Source of the DNA: an uncultured Rhodospirillaceae bacterium
Lineage (GTDB): Bacteria > Pseudomonadota > Alphaproteobacteria > MPNO01 > UBA2964
Length of the DNA: 64,000 nt
Reading direction: 5' to 3'
Assembly: GCA_964499275.1 (NCBI GenBank)
Contig: CAZCKO010000002.1
Location: 27,543-91,542, forward strand
The position numbers and the translations under genes are program-made. Under the pieces are notes generated by a model. That model did not search any database and was not told the origin of the DNA. It saw nothing but the letters and a program-made list of their open reading frames with translations. This document shows positions 43,610 to 52,729 of the stretch, piece after piece. Positions within the stretch are counted from its first letter, which is position 1; every line of letters begins with the position of its first letter.

Positions 43610-44458
43610 ATGCATATAGAACCAATTTCAGATGCGGTTGGTGCCCGTGTGACCGACGTCGATTTAAGCAAAAAGCTCGAAGAAATCCAGTACGAGGAGA
43701 TACATAAGGCCTGGCTTGAATACCAGGTACTTGTTTTTCCTGAACAAGATTTAAGTGAGGAGAACCAGGTTTGCTTTACTCAGTGGTTCGGTGAGCTTGG
43801 TCGGCGGGTACGGAAAACCTCAGCGCCAGAAAGTGATCGTGTTCGTCACCCCGGCACCATGTTAATTAGCAATATTCGAGAAGATGGAAAACCGATCGGG
43901 TCTTTGCCTGATGGTGAGATGATGTTTCATTCTGATGGGGCATTTGCAAAGCGTCCTTTCCGGTACACCCTGCTATATGCGATTGAGGTGCCGTCAGTTG
44001 GGGGTAACACCCAGTTTGCTAATATGTATAAGGCCTTCGAAGATTTGCCAAAAGCATTGAAAATTAAACTTCGAGGGTGTCACGCGGAGCATTTATATTA
44101 TGCCAATAATGGCGCTAATTTGCCAAATCGATCGCTTAGTGGTGTGAGACAACATCCAATTTTTATTGCGCATGAGGAAACCCATCGCACTGCTCTTTAT
44201 GTTAGCCGGCTGATGACCCATAAAATTGTGGAACTGTCAGATGAAGAAAGTGAAGAAATTTTATCCAAGTTGTTGAGTCATACCGAGAAATCAGAATTTG
44301 TCTACGAACATGTTTGGACGCCTGGAGATTTTGTAATTTGGGATAATCGTTGTCTCAATCACGCGAGGACAGATTTTTCTGAAGGTGAGCGCCGGCTCTT
44401 GCGGCGGACCACGGTTGTCGGTGTTGATCCGCTCCCCGCTGAAACGTTAGCGGTGTAG
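43610..44458 (+). CDS. TauD/TfdA-family dioxygenase (paralog 8 of 8; tandem copy 4)
   Basis: 282 aa. GSLPDGEMMFHSDG, GGNTQFANMY, WDNRCLNHARTDF, ERRLLRRTT. Confidence 0.85.
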   Translation: MHIEPISDAVGARVTDVDLSKKLEEIQYEEIHKAWLEYQVLVFPEQDLSEENQVCFTQWFGELGRRVRKTSAPESDRVRHPGTMLISNIREDGKPIGSLPDGEMMFHSDGAFAKRPFRYTLLYAIEVPSVGGNTQFANMYKAFEDLPKALKIKLRGCHAEHLYYANNGANLPNRSLSGVRQHPIFIAHEETHRTALYVSRLMTHKIVELSDEESEEILSKLLSHTEKSEFVYEHVWTPGDFVIWDNRCLNHARTDFSEGERRLLRRTTVVGVDPLPAETLAV

Positions 44459-44474
44459 GACTGGTGCAGGAAAG

Positions 44475-45464
44475 ATGTCAGACATTTCTCTAACCATAGC
44501 GACTGGGCCCTATGACAGAATAACACCCCTAAGAGTTGGTGAAATAAAGCCAGAAGGTATTGTTCTCAAATATCATACGCAAATTCCCGTACACGGTATT
44601 TTTATTGAAATGGCGGAGAGGGAAGCATGGGATGTGTCAGAAATGTCCCTTGCCCTTTATATAGTCAAGCGTGTAAGGGCGTTGGAGGGAGGAGAACCGT
44701 TTCCTTTCACGGCAATTCCTATCTTTCCCTCCCGCGTCTTTCGTCACGGAAATATTTTTAAAAATATCAATGCCGGTATCACTGGGCCCAAAGATCTAGA
44801 GGGAAAACGTATAGGGATTCAAGAATACCGTCAGTCAGCCGGTATTTGGATACGCGGTATTTTGCGTGATCAATACGATGTGGATACCAGTTTTATAGAA
44901 TGGGTTGAGGGGGGAGTAAATGAGCCACGAAAACCGGCTACGAGTGACGTTCGGCCGAATCAGGCGGTTAATATTAATGAACTAGAATCCGCCCACACAT
45001 TGAGCGAGGCACTTGAAAGCGGTGAAATAGATGCAATCATTGCTGCTCGTCAGCCCACCAGTTCTATGACATCTGAATATGTAGTCAGGCTGATACCCAA
45101 CTATCGTGAGGTAGAAAAAGACTATTTTGTTACGACTGGGATTTTTCCGATTATGCATACGTTGGTGATCCGGGATGCTGTTTATAACGAGAGTCCCTGG
45201 GTAAGCAAAAGCCTTTTCAATGCGTTTGATGCCTCCAAGTCTCGAGCTTTGGAAATTCTCAAATACACTGGTGCGTTGACATCAATGGCACCATGGATCC
45301 ATGACGAGTTAAACGAAATGAACACTATTTTTGGCGAGGATCCATGGCCATATGGTCTTGATTGTAATCGCGGTCAATTAGAGATTTTCACTCGTTATTT
45401 AGTAGAGGAAGGTTTTCTAAATTCACAGCCACCCTTGGATGATATATTTGCGGATGTCAATTAG
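44475..45464 (+). CDS. 4,5-dihydroxyphthalate decarboxylase-like protein (binding-protein fold, no signal peptide), copy 2
   Basis: 329 aa, 16 nt after the last TauD copy. WDVSEMSLALY and AIPIFPSRVFRHGNIFKN blocks parallel the copy at 26313. Confidence 0.55.
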   Translation: MSDISLTIATGPYDRITPLRVGEIKPEGIVLKYHTQIPVHGIFIEMAEREAWDVSEMSLALYIVKRVRALEGGEPFPFTAIPIFPSRVFRHGNIFKNINAGITGPKDLEGKRIGIQEYRQSAGIWIRGILRDQYDVDTSFIEWVEGGVNEPRKPATSDVRPNQAVNINELESAHTLSEALESGEIDAIIAARQPTSSMTSEYVVRLIPNYREVEKDYFVTTGIFPIMHTLVIRDAVYNESPWVSKSLFNAFDASKSRALEILKYTGALTSMAPWIHDELNEMNTIFGEDPWPYGLDCNRGQLEIFTRYLVEEGFLNSQPPLDDIFADVN

Positions 45465-45680
45465 TTTCAATTAATCACGCGCTTTGCCTTCCTATTTTTG
45501 TCAAGATATAGCTTGTATCCTCAGGATAAACGCTTATGATCCGGGTCCGTTTTGACGTCGACGTTGCCATCGTACTTCCCCGCTTTTGCGGCTAGCAGGA
45601 TTCTTCTCCGACATTATGAACGTTAACTAGGGGCGCCGAGTTGGCTGCTCTATTAAATTTTGTCGTGAAAGGAATTACTT

Positions 45681-45887
45681 ATGACGACTGGTACTGTAAA
45701 ATGGTTTAACCCTACAAAAGGGTATGGATTTATCGAGCCTGAAGATGGTTCTAAGGATGTATTCGTGCATATCTCTGCTGTTGAAAGAGCAGGATTGACT
45801 AGCTTAAATGAAGGGCAGAAGGTCTCTTATGAGCTCCAGGCTGGCCAAAATGGCAAAAGTTCTGCCGAAAACCTGTCGGTAGACTAA
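45681..45887 (+). CDS. cspA: Cold-shock protein (CspA family)
   Basis: 68 aa. [15 protein letters not shown] (RNP1) and VFVHISA (RNP2). About 215 nt of upstream non-coding sequence. Confidence 0.95.
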   Translation: MTTGTVKWFNPTKGYGFIEPEDGSKDVFVHISAVERAGLTSLNEGQKVSYELQAGQNGKSSAENLSVD

Positions 45888-45902
45888 TCATCTCTGTTAA
45901 GA

Positions 45903-45928
45903 TTACCCCTGACCGTTGTTAGGGGTAA
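45903..45928 (+). terminator. Putative terminator hairpin after the csp gene
   Basis: 8-bp stem ttacccct/aggggtaa with a 10-nt loop. The downstream T-tract is weak. Confidence 0.4.
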
Positions 45929-46012
45929 TTCTAGTATCTAGGCTTAGAGTATACGAAGAATTCGATAGTTTTGTTATTACCATGGGTTATATACAAAAAC
46001 CTGTAATGGTAA

Positions 46013-46744
46013 TTAGGTTGATCCAACTGATAGGCGGCCAGTAACACCGTGTTTGTCTATCAGCTTCTCTACTAAACCGTTATTTTTTGATTCTTGAACA
46101 AACTCGTTAACAAACTGGGCTGCTTCCGAGTTTCCTTTTTGAAGCCCTATGGCTTGTTGCACTGCAGTAAAGTGACCATCCAAAATTTTGGTATTAGATA
46201 ATTTCTGTGCTTCTACAATTAAGGCGGGGCGCAATCCGGCTAAAGCTTCTAATTTGTCTTTTATAAAGAGCTCGACTGCACCTGCTACACCTTGTGCGCG
46301 CATTAGTTTTGCATTTTTCAGATGCCGTGTCAGGAAGAGATCATATGCGCTGCGGCCCGAAACTGCGATACGTACTCCCTCTTGGTCAACGTCTGTGATT
46401 TTAGAAAATAAGGAATTGGCAGGCACAAGATATGTAGCCTCAATCTCGACATAGGAGTCAGAAAAATCAATTACCTTCGCCCGGGCGGGTTCGGCGCCTA
46501 TCATCCCGATATCCCAGCAGTTTTTTCCGCTCATATCTGCAACGTCACCTGGTGCTGGGAACTCAATAAGTGATAGGTCAGTACCTAAAATTTTTGCAAG
46601 CGCCCGAGCCATATCAGGTGCTACACCGTCTGGCTCGCCCTTAGAATTTGTCCCACTAATTAGTAATGTATTTGCCATGTTAAGGCCAACGCGTAAAATC
46701 CCAGTTGGAGTGAGCTGTGATCGTATATTCGAGGTAATTTCCAT
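46013..46744 (-). CDS. Family-3 solute-binding-domain protein without signal peptide
   Basis: 243 aa. SBP_bac_3-like layout (LRVGLN, DIGMIGAEPARAKVIDFSDSYVEIEATYLV). The N-terminus is not hydrophobic. Confidence 0.6.
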   Translation of the reverse strand: MEITSNIRSQLTPTGILRVGLNMANTLLISGTNSKGEPDGVAPDMARALAKILGTDLSLIEFPAPGDVADMSGKNCWDIGMIGAEPARAKVIDFSDSYVEIEATYLVPANSLFSKITDVDQEGVRIAVSGRSAYDLFLTRHLKNAKLMRAQGVAGAVELFIKDKLEALAGLRPALIVEAQKLSNTKILDGHFTAVQQAIGLQKGNSEAAQFVNEFVQESKNNGLVEKLIDKHGVTGRLSVGST

Positions 46745-46758
46745 AGTGAAGTTAGGCC

Positions 46759-47622
46759 TTAAACGGGGAAAAAACTGTCGAGCCAGCTTTTAACAATTTC
46801 GCGTACACGGGTGTTGTTCTCCGCAAACATAAAATGATCAGTTTCGGCGAAAAGGTGTAAATCGCTGGGCTGCCCGGCCTTTTGAAAAAGGGCGACAGAC
46901 TGCTCCGTAGGCGTCACCGAGTCATCAGAAGAATGTAGAAGTAAAAGTGGACGTGGAGCGATGTCGCCGACCACATCTTCAGCACAAAAGTTGTACATGC
47001 TTTGTGGAACTTCGGCTGGAAACTGTATGACAGATTGTTGAGCCAGGTTATTTCGTAAGTGCTCAGGTATTGGGACAATATCATAACGATCCACCATAAG
47101 TGACTCGCCAGTTTTCTCTTTATGTCGGCGTCCCTGTTCCAACATATTAGTAAATTTGAGCCACCCTTCCTTTGATGGGTGCTGCCCTCGGAATTTTCTT
47201 TCGCCATGCCCCCAGCCGCCAGAGGAAATTACGCAGGCAAATCGATCGTCAATGCCTCCTGTATAGATTGCCACGGCCGCTCCGAATGATGAGCCAAGTA
47301 CCCCAACGCGTTTGCCGTCTATTTCAACGCGGCTTTGGAGATAATTCATTGCTGCTTGTGTATCTTCCACCTGTTCCTGGCATATAACACGGCCAAATTC
47401 GCCGTCGCTTTTTCCACACCCCCTCATGTCAAAACGGAATGCGGCGTAACCCCATTCGTTTAGCATTCTGCATGGACCCATAACATTGTTACTACTGCTG
47501 TTACTGCCAAAGCCATGCAACACAATGATACAAGGTAGTTTCTTTCCCTCACTGTCGGCAGGAATATGAAGGGCGCCAGATAGGGATAGCTCACCGGATG
47601 GGAACTTAACTTTGTCTTCCAT
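46759..47622 (-). CDS. Alpha/beta-fold hydrolase
   Basis: 287 aa. Oxyanion-type IIVLHGFGS, nucleophile elbow GVLGSSFGA, C-terminal DHFMF. Confidence 0.75.
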   Translation of the reverse strand: MEDKVKFPSGELSLSGALHIPADSEGKKLPCIIVLHGFGSNSSSNNVMGPCRMLNEWGYAAFRFDMRGCGKSDGEFGRVICQEQVEDTQAAMNYLQSRVEIDGKRVGVLGSSFGAAVAIYTGGIDDRFACVISSGGWGHGERKFRGQHPSKEGWLKFTNMLEQGRRHKEKTGESLMVDRYDIVPIPEHLRNNLAQQSVIQFPAEVPQSMYNFCAEDVVGDIAPRPLLLLHSSDDSVTPTEQSVALFQKAGQPSDLHLFAETDHFMFAENNTRVREIVKSWLDSFFPV

Positions 47623-47742
47623 AGTGGACTCCTTAAAATTTATTTAACAAGTTTATAAGGGCCCAATGGGGGCGTATGCAAGGTAAGGTAGACGAATTAA
47701 GTCCACAGGTCCAAAATGATTGGATAAAACACGGAGTATATT

Positions 47743-48786
47743 ATGCCAGAGGGCGTAAAAATAACGCGAGAAGACGCTACAAATCTTTTGATTGAAATTT
47801 TCAAGGCACGGGATTTGCCGCCAGATGAGGCTTTACTAGTAGCGGAAGGATTGGTTTGGGCTGATTTGTATGGCATAGAGTCGCATGGGCTTGTGCGAAT
47901 TCCCCAATACATGCTGCGTCTCGATAAAGGTGTTGTAAACCCTCGGCCCCATTTGAAAATCATTAAAGAAACCGCGGCTGCCGTTGTCATCGATGGAGAT
48001 CACAGTCACGGACAGATAGCTCTTAACTTGGCAATCGAGAAAGTGATAGAAAAAGCGCGAAAGGTAAGCGTCGGTTGGGTTGTTGTTGGGGATACAACTC
48101 ATACAGGTGCGGTGGGCATGTACACCCGGAAAGTTGCACAGAAGGGAATGGCAGCCCTATATATGGGTGCTTCACAACCTAACATGGCTTATTACGGAGC
48201 CAAGGCTGGGGGTGTTTCAACAAGCCCTATCGCCATGGCGGTACCTCGCGCTAATGGCAAAGTTCTATCCCTTGATTTGTCAACGGCGATTGCTGGGGTT
48301 GGAAAGCTATTACAACATAAAGTTAACAATGAACCACTTGGTGAGGGTTGGGCGCTTGATGGTGAGGGTAATCCTACTACTGACCCGCAAAAAGCTATCC
48401 TGCCGACCCCGTTGGGCGGTCCAAAGGGATCGGGTTTGTCGCTGATGTTTGAATGTATGACTAGCCTTCTAGCAGGGCGCGCAATTCTTGAGCCCTGGAT
48501 TAAGGGAGAAAACCAACGCCATCATCAAAGCGCGCTAATCGCCGCCGTTGATATTGCGCAATTTGTCGATTTGGTTGAGTACTGTGGTGAGGTCGAAGCA
48601 CTTGCTGACGTTGTAAAGACATTGCCTACCGCGGATGGTATTGACCAAATTTTGATGCCCGGAGAGCGCAGTGATGCGATATACGAGGAACGCTCACGAA
48701 ATGGTTACACCGTGCCAATAAAAGTCTGGAAAAAAGTGGCTGAGACGGCCGAAAAATATAATATTCCTTTGCCAGATGTCAGGTAA
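47743..48786 (+). CDS. Ldh_2-family (malate/L-lactate dehydrogenase type 2) oxidoreductase
   Basis: 347 aa. GIESHGLVRIPQY, GHSHGQIA and PLGGPKGSGLSLM blocks. Confidence 0.8.
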   Translation: MPEGVKITREDATNLLIEIFKARDLPPDEALLVAEGLVWADLYGIESHGLVRIPQYMLRLDKGVVNPRPHLKIIKETAAAVVIDGDHSHGQIALNLAIEKVIEKARKVSVGWVVVGDTTHTGAVGMYTRKVAQKGMAALYMGASQPNMAYYGAKAGGVSTSPIAMAVPRANGKVLSLDLSTAIAGVGKLLQHKVNNEPLGEGWALDGEGNPTTDPQKAILPTPLGGPKGSGLSLMFECMTSLLAGRAILEPWIKGENQRHHQSALIAAVDIAQFVDLVEYCGEVEALADVVKTLPTADGIDQILMPGERSDAIYEERSRNGYTVPIKVWKKVAETAEKYNIPLPDVR

Positions 48787-50002
48787 CTGCTGCAGCCGCT
48801 TTGACGCTATCAATTAACTGAGCTCGCCGCATATAAGCTTTAGCTTTTGAAGGGTCCTCGCTTGTTGCCCTCATTTCATCCAACCTTTTCTGCCTCATCA
48901 CCGGGTTACGTTCTTCGAGTTGCTTTTTGTTAGCGATAGTTTGCGCCTGAGTAAACTCGGTAGAAGCCTTGTGTCTCTGCCTCGTATATAGGTTAAATAA
49001 CTCTATCCCAGCCTCACCCTTCCATACTTTTATCAGCTTGTCGGCGAGATTAACCGCATCGTGAATCCCACCATTAAGGCCCATGCCTCCGATAGGGTTA
49101 TTTACGTGAGCCGAATCCCCAGCCAGAACTACACGCCCAGTGTTGAAGGTGGACGCGACACATTGGCTTACTGTATAGACATTAGCATAGGCAATTTCGT
49201 AATCGGCTTCTCGTGGAAAAAAGCGTTTCAACCTTTTTTGCATTGCTGACGGTTCTTTTGCTTCCTCCTCAGTTTCGTTTACCCTCATGGGAACGACAAA
49301 ACGCCATACATCAGGTGTATCTGGTTCCCCTTTAACTCGAAACAAGTTACACCACTCCTCTGGGTGAGAAAAATAATTTCGAATGGCAATTCGTTGATCA
49401 TAAGCGGTGAGGTCAAAGTAAGTGCCGATTTTTATGAACTTTTCCGGATAGGTAAAACCATCGAAGCCAATGCCAGCAGATTTGCGCACCGTTGACCGTC
49501 CCCCATCGCAGCCGACTAGGAACGAACCTCGTATTTTTTCAAGTGAGCCATCGGCGCGTGTTAGCTTCAGTATTACGTGATCTTCAAACTGTTCGAACCC
49601 GGTGACAGTACAAGAAAACCTGACATCAAAAGCGGGGTCATTATCAAACAGCTCTAAAACCTTTCTAACAAGCTTATACTGTTCGTATTGAACCACATAA
49701 GGAAATTTTACCTCATCGGCCAGGAGACCAAGGTCAAATTCCGCTATAACGTCATGGGTTACTCGGTCATGGAACCTATATATTGGAGATTTGAGACCTT
49801 CAGCAATCATGTGTTTCGCAAGACCAAGTTCGTCGAGCATTTCTACTGTTGGCGGATGGTGGGAAGCGGCTCTTTGGTCTACGAAAGGCTCGCTCAGCTG
49901 TTCTAAAGCGATAAACGGTACACCATTTTGGTATAAAGCTACCGCAAGTACCATTGCTACAGGTCCTGCGCCAGATATGATTATGGGATCGCGATCAGCC
50001 AT
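48779..50002 (-). CDS. FAD-dependent aromatic-ring monooxygenase (PHBH/UbiH-like)
   Basis: ORF 48779..50068. ATG at 50002 has GGAG 5 nt upstream and places IIISGAGPVAMVLA at the N-terminus. GDSAHVNNPIGGMGLNGGIHDA motif. The 3' end overlaps the convergent gene by 8 nt. Confidence 0.85.
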   Translation of the reverse strand: MADRDPIIISGAGPVAMVLAVALYQNGVPFIALEQLSEPFVDQRAASHHPPTVEMLDELGLAKHMIAEGLKSPIYRFHDRVTHDVIAEFDLGLLADEVKFPYVVQYEQYKLVRKVLELFDNDPAFDVRFSCTVTGFEQFEDHVILKLTRADGSLEKIRGSFLVGCDGGRSTVRKSAGIGFDGFTYPEKFIKIGTYFDLTAYDQRIAIRNYFSHPEEWCNLFRVKGEPDTPDVWRFVVPMRVNETEEEAKEPSAMQKRLKRFFPREADYEIAYANVYTVSQCVASTFNTGRVVLAGDSAHVNNPIGGMGLNGGIHDAVNLADKLIKVWKGEAGIELFNLYTRQRHKASTEFTQAQTIANKKQLEERNPVMRQKRLDEMRATSEDPSKAKAYMRRAQLIDSVKAAAAVT

Positions 50003-50179
50003 TAAAACTCCAACTTTTAATATACCCTCAGTATCTGGCTCGCATGGGGGATGGTCAAGCAATGGCATGCTATAAAATTGTTTTCTAAATTTGGGGGTGT
50101 ATCCATTAATTTTGTGTGATTAAATTTATATGTAGGTCTTCAGAGAGGTTTAAAAGGAAGACAACAACGTAGGGAGAAC

Positions 50180-51712
50180 ATGATGATTAAGTCTAAAATA
50201 TTAAGACGTATCGCTGCACTTTCAGGAGTAGCGGTTTTGGCGACGATGATAAGCCTTCCAGTTCAAGCGCAAAAGAAAACACGTGTTACCGTCGGTGTAA
50301 CCGAAACAGTTGGCGCTTATAATCCTCACTCAGATAGTGTTGCTCTAATGTATGCAGTCTGGTGTCAGGTATATGGTTGCTTGGGTTCATGGGATTTTAC
50401 AAAAGCTAAAGATGTCGGGGTGTTAGCCGAAAGCTGGTCGATTCCTGATCCAAATACATGGATTTTTAAGCTTAAAAAAGGAATTACACGTCACGACGGT
50501 AAGGCAGAATTGACCGCCGCAGATGTCGTCCATTCCATAAAACGTATTGGGACAGACAAGAGAAGTAGCCAGAGACAGAATGTTAAAAAAATTAAATCTG
50601 CAACGGCTTTGGATAAGTACACTGTAAAACTTGTAACTAAAAAGCCTACTGCGCCGTTACTCGGTTATGTATTTGATCGTGTAATGATCACGAGCAAGGC
50701 CCTTTTTGAGAAACACGGTTCTCGAAAAGCCGATCGTGAACACCATTATGGTTTTGGCCCTTATATGTTGAAAAGATTGCGAACCGGTGAATCGGTGGTT
50801 ATCGAAAAAAATCCCCGATGGCCTGGAGTTAAAAAGGAGTGGCCCGATGAGGTTATATTCCGGATTATGCGTGAGCCCGAACAGAGAGTGACGGCGTTGT
50901 TAAATGGGGAAATACAAATTGCCCAATTTATCCCACCTCACCTCCTCGATAAAGTTCGGAAGTCAAAAAATGCCCGCATTGAAGAAATGGGATCCGTAGA
51001 ATTAATGATGCTTTTGATGAACCCGGCATTTAAGCCTTGGGATAATGTGCTTTTACGAAAGGCGGTAGCCCATGCGATTGACAGAGAGTCTTTAATCAAG
51101 AATGTCTTGAAGGGAGAGGCAATCAAACTAACCGGCCCTATTGGTCCCTTGCAGTTTGGTTACAGCAAGAATGTCAAGCCAACTTATGAGTATAATCCTG
51201 CCAAGGCTAGAGAATTGGTTAAAAAGGCAGGGTACCCTAATGGTATAGACGTAGTATTGTATACTCCGGTTGGTCGCTATGTTAACGACAAACAGGTAAC
51301 CCAGGCAATGATACCGATGCTCAAGGCCGTGGGGATCAGGGCAAAACTTAAGACGCCGGAATGGTCTACACTTTGGTCGAATGTCCGGAAGGGTAAGGTG
51401 CCATTCTTTTATATGGGACGGGGCGGAATGGTCGACCCATCAGCCGCTTTATCTCAATATTTCGAGACTGGTATTGCTCCTCGTATAAAATTTTCCAGCA
51501 AAAAAGTGGATAGTTTGTTGCAAAAAGAGCGGGCAACTTTCGATCTTGCAAAGAGAAAAAAATATATGAATGACGCAATTAATGCCCTCATGGAAGAAGT
51601 TCCTGCCCATTTCTTGTGGCATCAAAAAATTCATTATGGTGTTGCTAATGGAGTAAATATTGCTATTCGACCTGATAAACGTATTCACGGTTATGAGATG
51701 ACGGTTAAGTAA
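50180..51712 (+). CDS. Family-5 (peptide/nickel/opine-type) ABC transporter substrate-binding protein (orphan)
   Basis: 510 aa with signal peptide. Length and blocks typical of SBP_bac_5. No permease or ATPase genes follow. Confidence 0.8.
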   Translation: MMIKSKILRRIAALSGVAVLATMISLPVQAQKKTRVTVGVTETVGAYNPHSDSVALMYAVWCQVYGCLGSWDFTKAKDVGVLAESWSIPDPNTWIFKLKKGITRHDGKAELTAADVVHSIKRIGTDKRSSQRQNVKKIKSATALDKYTVKLVTKKPTAPLLGYVFDRVMITSKALFEKHGSRKADREHHYGFGPYMLKRLRTGESVVIEKNPRWPGVKKEWPDEVIFRIMREPEQRVTALLNGEIQIAQFIPPHLLDKVRKSKNARIEEMGSVELMMLLMNPAFKPWDNVLLRKAVAHAIDRESLIKNVLKGEAIKLTGPIGPLQFGYSKNVKPTYEYNPAKARELVKKAGYPNGIDVVLYTPVGRYVNDKQVTQAMIPMLKAVGIRAKLKTPEWSTLWSNVRKGKVPFFYMGRGGMVDPSAALSQYFETGIAPRIKFSSKKVDSLLQKERATFDLAKRKKYMNDAINALMEEVPAHFLWHQKIHYGVANGVNIAIRPDKRIHGYEMTVK

Positions 51713-51732
51713 GCCGCAATCAGGTATAATTC

Positions 51733-51767
51733 AGACCTCGCTCAGGGAACTGGGCGGGGTCTTTTTT
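51733..51767 (+). terminator. Rho-independent terminator
   Basis: 9-bp stem agacctcgc/gcggggtct (one G-U pair) with a 12-nt loop, followed by TTTTTT. Confidence 0.75.
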
Positions 51768-51905
51768 ATAAAATCAATAGATTGCCGAAACTATAAATTA
51801 GAGGATGACAGTTTTAAGTGTAATTATGCGAAAGTGACTATTTCCTCTTTCTGCATAAATAGGCTAGCGTCTTTTTTGTTATTGATCAAAGTTCAGGAAG
51901 CGCTA

Positions 51906-52706
51906 ATGAAAACGAGAATGGGCGAGACCTATGACGAATTGGTGGACGTCTCCGGCGTGCAGGGGCGTGTCACCGCAGATGAATGGGATACCAGGGTTAA
52001 CCTGGCGGCATGTTATCGCATGGTTTGGGAATATGGTTGGCATCACCTAAACCTTAATCATATTTCTGCAAGGGTTCCGGGTGAAGATGAGAACGTGCTG
52101 CTCAATCCTTACGGCCCAATGTATAATGAAGTTACTGCGAGTAATTTAGTTAAAGTTGATCTGGGAGGTAATGTCCTAGATGAGAGTCCCTATAATATTA
52201 ACCAGGCTGGCTACACCATACACAGTGCTATTCATTTAGCGCGTCCGGATGCCAAGTGTGTTCTCCATACACACACGCCGGCGGGTATTGCTGTTTCAAC
52301 ACTAAAATGTGGCCTGTTGCCGCTCCATCAGGAAGCTCTAAGATTTTACGGCGGTATTGGTTACCACGATTATGAGGGTGTTTCCTTAGAACTCGATGAA
52401 CGGGAGAGGTTGGTAAAAAGTCTCGGCGACAACAACGTATTAATTCTGCGTAATCACGGGCTCCTAACGTGTGGCCGGACGATTTCAGAGGCGTTTGTGC
52501 TTATGTACCATTTGGAGCGATCTTGTGAGGCACAAATCATGGCAGGAGCAACTTCAGAGGATGATAATATTCATATCCTACCTTCTGAGGCCGTCCGCCA
52601 GAATGCTCAGAAACAAACTAATCTTAATGGACGCAACGCCGGTGAATTACGCTGGCCGGCATTATTGCGATGGATGGATCGTATTGACCCCTCTTTCCGG
52701 AATTAG
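51906..52706 (+). CDS. Class II aldolase/adducin-family protein
   Basis: ORF 51834..52706. ATG at 51906 follows AGGAAG. RVNLAACYRM and metal site HTHTPAG. Confidence 0.8.
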   Translation: MKTRMGETYDELVDVSGVQGRVTADEWDTRVNLAACYRMVWEYGWHHLNLNHISARVPGEDENVLLNPYGPMYNEVTASNLVKVDLGGNVLDESPYNINQAGYTIHSAIHLARPDAKCVLHTHTPAGIAVSTLKCGLLPLHQEALRFYGGIGYHDYEGVSLELDERERLVKSLGDNNVLILRNHGLLTCGRTISEAFVLMYHLERSCEAQIMAGATSEDDNIHILPSEAVRQNAQKQTNLNGRNAGELRWPALLRWMDRIDPSFRN

Positions 52707-52729
52707 GGTGAATATTGGGAGTGAAGATT

